Positions 60,435 to 64,000 of a stretch of DNA of 64,000 nt are shown in pieces. This DNA comes from Verrucomicrobiota bacterium (GTDB lineage Bacteria; Verrucomicrobiota; Verrucomicrobiia; Limisphaerales; JADLHS01). The notes under the pieces are model-generated. The model searched no databases, was not told the DNA's origin, and was given only the letters and a program-made list of their open reading frames with translations. The DNA lies in assembly GCA_049840435.1 (NCBI GenBank), contig JASGKY010000044.1, forward strand, positions 131,664-195,663, given 5' to 3'. The stretch's first letter is position 1. The number at the start of each line of letters is the position of its first letter. Position numbers and translations under genes: made by a program.

Positions 60435-63400
60435 TCAAACGGGTCGGGTGATGTCTTGATTACGTTCGGTGCATTGTTGCTGTAACTCCCGCTCCCGCAG
60501 CCACGCGAAGATGACCGGCGTGACGATCAGAATGTGAATTAAACTGCTCACCATGCCTCCGATTACGGGTGCGGCGAGTGGCTTCATCACTTCTGCGCCC
60601 TGACGATGACTCCACATGATCGGCAGCAAGCTCGCCACGATCGTCGCTACCGTCATGACTTTCGGGCGCAGGCGTAGGCGAGCGCCGTCTTTCACGGCTT
60701 GAATCAAATCTGCGCCAGTGAATTTTTCGCCAAGCTCTTCCATCCGCTTCTTCAACGTCTCTTCGAGATAGACCACCATCACGACGCCCGTCTGCACCGC
60801 CGTGCCGAAAAGTGCGATGTAGCCGACCCACACCGCGCCGTTGAAATTGTAGCCCAGTAGTTTTTGCAGGAACACGCCGCCGCTCAACGCGAACGGCACG
60901 GCCAACAACACATGCGCCGCCTCCGCCGCGCTATGATAGACCATGTAGAGCATGATGAAGATGATCAGCATCACCGCCGGAAACACGAGCTGCATAGTCT
61001 GGGCGAACCGGCGTTGATTCTCGTATTCGCCGGTCATCGAGTAGGTCATGTTGCCCCAATTCATCTTCTTGAGCGCCGCCTCCACATCCGCCACGAAGCC
61101 GCCCAGGTCGCGGTCTTGTACGTTCGACTGCACATAAGCGCGCAACCGACCGTTCTCGCTGGCGATTTCATTCGCGCCGACCTCACGCATGATTGTCGCT
61201 ACCATCGCAAGCGGGACGTAAGCCGCTCCAGAACCTGTCGGAGCGCTCGCAACACCGGCTTTCGCTCCGCCACCCGCGTTCATTCCGCCGCTCATGCCAC
61301 CACCAGTAGCCGCGCCGCTTGAAGCTGTTGACGCTCCGCTTCCCATGCTGGTTTTGGTGGCGATCAAGATGCGCCCGATCTTCTCGATGTCATCGCGTTC
61401 ACCGCGTTCGAGTCGCACTTGAATCGGATACCGCTCGCGCCCCTCGATGGTCACGCTCACATTCTTGCCACCGATGGCGACTTCTATCGCGTCCAGCACA
61501 TCGCGGGCACTCAAGCCGTAACGTGCCATCGCGCGACGATCTACCTTCACGTTCAAATACGGCTTCCCTTGCACACGCGACGGCGAAACTCCCGCTGCGC
61601 CAGGAATCTGTTTCACCACCGCCTCGACCTCGAACGCCTTCTGCTGGATCGCATCGAGGTTGTCGCCGTAAATCTTCACGCCCACCTGTGCACGGATGCC
61701 CGTGTAGAGCATCAGGATGCGGTTCTCGATCGGCTGCAGGAACGCCGGCACGTAACCCGGGACGACCTTCATCTTCTCGGTCAATTCGGCCTTGAGCTTC
61801 TCGACCGTCATGCCTTCGCGCCACGTGGGGTTGCGCACTACGCGCGGCAATTTGATGAAACCCAGCACGGTGCGGTTTGTGGAAATCCACTCCGGTTTGA
61901 GCGTTATGGTGGTCTCCAGCATCTCCGTCGGTGCGGGATCAGTCGGCGTCTCGAAGCGGCCCAGCTTGCCGGCGACCGTCTCGATCTCCGGCACGCCCGC
62001 CATCACCTGATCCTGCCACGCCATCACGCGCTGGATTTCCGTGAGGCTCGTCTTCGGCAGCAACACCGGCATGTAGAGCAAACTACCCTCGTTCAACGGT
62101 GGCATGAACTCCTTGCCGAAGCCTTGGACCAGATTCGCCGTGCGCGACCAACCGGCATTGCGAAGGCTCGCCGTCCACTCGCGCGGCAAACCAAATGCCA
62201 TCAACAGCGCCGAAGCCAAAAGCAGGGCTGCCGCGCCGATGACCGTCTTGCGATGCTTTAACGCCCAGTTCAACACCGGATCGTAGATCTTCAGCAGCAC
62301 GCGCATGATGATGTTCCTGTCCTCCGCGTGAAACGGCCCGCGCACGAGCAAACTGCATAGCACCGGCACAACCGTCACCGCCAGCAGTGTTGAACCCACC
62401 ATCGCGAACGTCTTGGTCCATGCGAGCGGATGGAACAGCTTACCCTCCTGCCCCGTCAGCGCGAACACTGGCACGAACGCGAGGATGATGATCGCCATCG
62501 CGAAGAAGATCGGGCGACCGACCTGTTTGCAGGCTTCTAGCGTGACTTGCCAAGTTTCCGTTGGTGTGAGCGGACGTTTCTTCTCCTCCTCTGCGCGCTC
62601 GCAATGTCGGATGACATTTTCTGTTACGACGATGGCCGCATCCACCAGCACGCCGATGGCGATGGCGATGCCCGTCAGCGACATGATGTTGCTCGTAATG
62701 CCGAATTCCTTCATCAGCAGGAACGAGATGAGGATCGAGATCGGCAGTGGCAGCGTGACGATGAGGATGCTGCGGAAGTGCCAGAGGAAGATGATGTGCG
62801 CCAGTGTCACAAGGATAATTTCCTCGACGAGCGCGTGCTTGAGCGTGTCGATGGTGCGGTCAATCAGCGTGCTGCGGTCGTAGAACGGTCGGATGGAAAT
62901 GCCGGGAGGCAAACTCGGCTCGATCTCCGCGATGCGCGCCTTCACGCGTTCGATCACGGCCTTGGCGTTCTCGCCCATGCGCATGACCACTGTGCCGCCG
63001 ACGGCTTCCCCGCCATTGACGTCCAACGTGCCGCGGCGGAAATCACCGCCGATCTGCACGGTGGCGATGTCTTTGAGATAAATCGGCGTGCCGTCGTTGA
63101 GCGACTTGAGCGCGACCAACTCCAAGTCTTCTGGATTCTCGACCAATCCGATTCCGCGCAGCACGAACTCCGCGCCGTTCTCCTCAATAACTTTGCCGCC
63201 GACGTTAAGATTGGCGTTCTGCACCGCGCCCATCACTTCGCCGAGCGAGACGTTTGCAGCCCGCATTTTCGTGGAGCTGAGTTCGATCTGATATTGCTTC
63301 ACGAAGCCGCCGATGCTCGCGACTTCCGCCACGCCCTGCACGCTGGCCAGTTGATAGCGCACATGCCAGTCCTGCACGGCGCGAAGTTTGCCGAGGTCGT

Positions 63401-63866
63401 AACCACCACCGGGCGCTTTCGCAGGATCGACGGCAAGGTAGTATTGATAGACCCAACCCAAGCCAGTCGCGTCCGGACCGAGTTGCGGTTTCACGCCTTC
63501 GGGCATGCTGGCTTGGAGATAATTCAACCGTTCCAGCACGCGCGTGCGGGCGAAGTAAGTATCCACGTTCTCTTCGAAGATGATCGTCAGCAGCGAGAAG
63601 CCGAACATCGAAGTCGCACGAACGTCCTTCACACCAGCGAGCCCTTGCAAGCCGGTCGAGAGAGGGAAGGTGACCTGATCTTCGACCTCCTGCGGACTGC
63701 GGCCCATCCAATCTGCATAAATGAGCACCTGATTTTCCGTGAGGTCGGGGATCGCGTCCACCGGCGTGCGGAACACCGCGCGCACGCCCAGCGCGATGAT
63801 CATCAGCGCCCCGCACAGCACGAGGAAGCGGTTCTTGAGACTCCACTCAATGATACGTTGGATCAT
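60435..63866 (-). CDS. cusA: CusA/CzcA-family heavy-metal efflux RND permease (CusA-like)
   Basis: DAIPDL.ENQV, GPDATGLGWVYQY, AIGVLVDAAIV, EGKLFHPLA, EFMPPLNEGSLLYMP, RLRPKVMT. Confidence 0.93.
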   Translation of the reverse strand: MIQRIIEWSLKNRFLVLCGALMIIALGVRAVFRTPVDAIPDLTENQVLIYADWMGRSPQEVEDQVTFPLSTGLQGLAGVKDVRATSMFGFSLLTIIFEENVDTYFARTRVLERLNYLQASMPEGVKPQLGPDATGLGWVYQYYLAVDPAKAPGGGYDLGKLRAVQDWHVRYQLASVQGVAEVASIGGFVKQYQIELSSTKMRAANVSLGEVMGAVQNANLNVGGKVIEENGAEFVLRGIGLVENPEDLELVALKSLNDGTPIYLKDIATVQIGGDFRRGTLDVNGGEAVGGTVVMRMGENAKAVIERVKARIAEIEPSLPPGISIRPFYDRSTLIDRTIDTLKHALVEEIILVTLAHIIFLWHFRSILIVTLPLPISILISFLLMKEFGITSNIMSLTGIAIAIGVLVDAAIVVTENVIRHCERAEEEKKRPLTPTETWQVTLEACKQVGRPIFFAMAIIILAFVPVFALTGQEGKLFHPLAWTKTFAMVGSTLLAVTVVPVLCSLLVRGPFHAEDRNIIMRVLLKIYDPVLNWALKHRKTVIGAAALLLASALLMAFGLPREWTASLRNAGWSRTANLVQGFGKEFMPPLNEGSLLYMPVLLPKTSLTEIQRVMAWQDQVMAGVPEIETVAGKLGRFETPTDPAPTEMLETTITLKPEWISTNRTVLGFIKLPRVVRNPTWREGMTVEKLKAELTEKMKVVPGYVPAFLQPIENRILMLYTGIRAQVGVKIYGDNLDAIQQKAFEVEAVVKQIPGAAGVSPSRVQGKPYLNVKVDRRAMARYGLSARDVLDAIEVAIGGKNVSVTIEGRERYPIQVRLERGERDDIEKIGRILIATKTSMGSGASTASSGAATGGGMSGGMNAGGGAKAGVASAPTGSGAAYVPLAMVATIMREVGANEIASENGRLRAYVQSNVQDRDLGGFVADVEAALKKMNWGNMTYSMTGEYENQRRFAQTMQLVFPAVMLIIFIMLYMVYHSAAEAAHVLLAVPFALSGGVFLQKLLGYNFNGAVWVGYIALFGTAVQTGVVMVVYLEETLKKRMEELGEKFTGADLIQAVKDGARLRLRPKVMTVATIVASLLPIMWSHRQGAEVMKPLAAPVIGGMVSSLIHILIVTPVIFAWLRERELQQQCTERNQDITRPV

Positions 63867-63876
63867 ATCGCCTCGC

Positions 63877-64000
63877 TTAGGGTTTCACTTCTGACCCGCA
63901 GTCTAGCATCTCCTTGCCAAACCACGGATTGTGCACCTCGGGTTGCAGTTGAATCCAATCCGCCCGATTTGGCGCACCCGGAAAAGCGTCTTTGGTCATC
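63877..64000 (-). CDS. C-terminal end of an upstream DUF3347-like / CusB-associated protein (partial)
   Basis: Own translation: MTKDAFPGAPNRADWIQLQPEVHNPWFGKEMLDCGSEVKP*, with an NPxFGxxMLxCG motif. Confidence 0.7.
   Translation of the reverse strand, partial: MTKDAFPGAPNRADWIQLQPEVHNPWFGKEMLDCGSEVKP

Noticed and set aside
1..64000. Transposases, integrases, tRNA/rRNA, anti-phage defence genes
   Set aside because: None recognised in any frame of the window.

Overview
Bacterial genomic window, most likely Verrucomicrobiota (Pedosphaerales/Limisphaerales-like). This placement is inferred from two PEP-CTERM proteins, a DUF1559/H-X9-DG prepilin-like protein and secreted proteins ending in an 'STNLxxW...FYR' domain. 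Content from left to right: an Mla/Mce-like ABC operon whose ATPase is degenerate; a ~20 kb surface-glycan region, partly lower in GC (GT4, GT2s, GT-C-like protein, methyltransferases, SGNH, multidomain GH36, flippase, and rfbH + TPP enzyme + reductase suggesting a branched 3,6-dideoxysugar); rhomboid-uvrB; a LamG/RCC1 surface protein; a LysR-pirin-WrbA-YceI module; RluA, PpiD and a NusG paralog; a cobalamin riboswitch controlling a five-gene operon with no BtuB/BtuCD; folP-cdaA-cdaR-glmM; glycogen genes; radical SAM, metF, cysC; a DUF2723-TPR protein behind a sigma54-type minor-pilin operon; and a CusA-family RND pump. About 20 frameshifts, some in housekeeping-type genes, point to uncorrected long-read indel errors. 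Best candidates for new biology: (1) the B12-riboswitch operon, which appears to use PEP-CTERM, CTD-bearing and pilin-like proteins instead of a TonB transporter; (2) a shared ~70-aa C-terminal domain that may be a sorting signal; (3) strong Thr-Asn enrichment in exported proteins, possibly a glycosylation sequon. All family assignments come from motif recognition by eye; no database searches were run.
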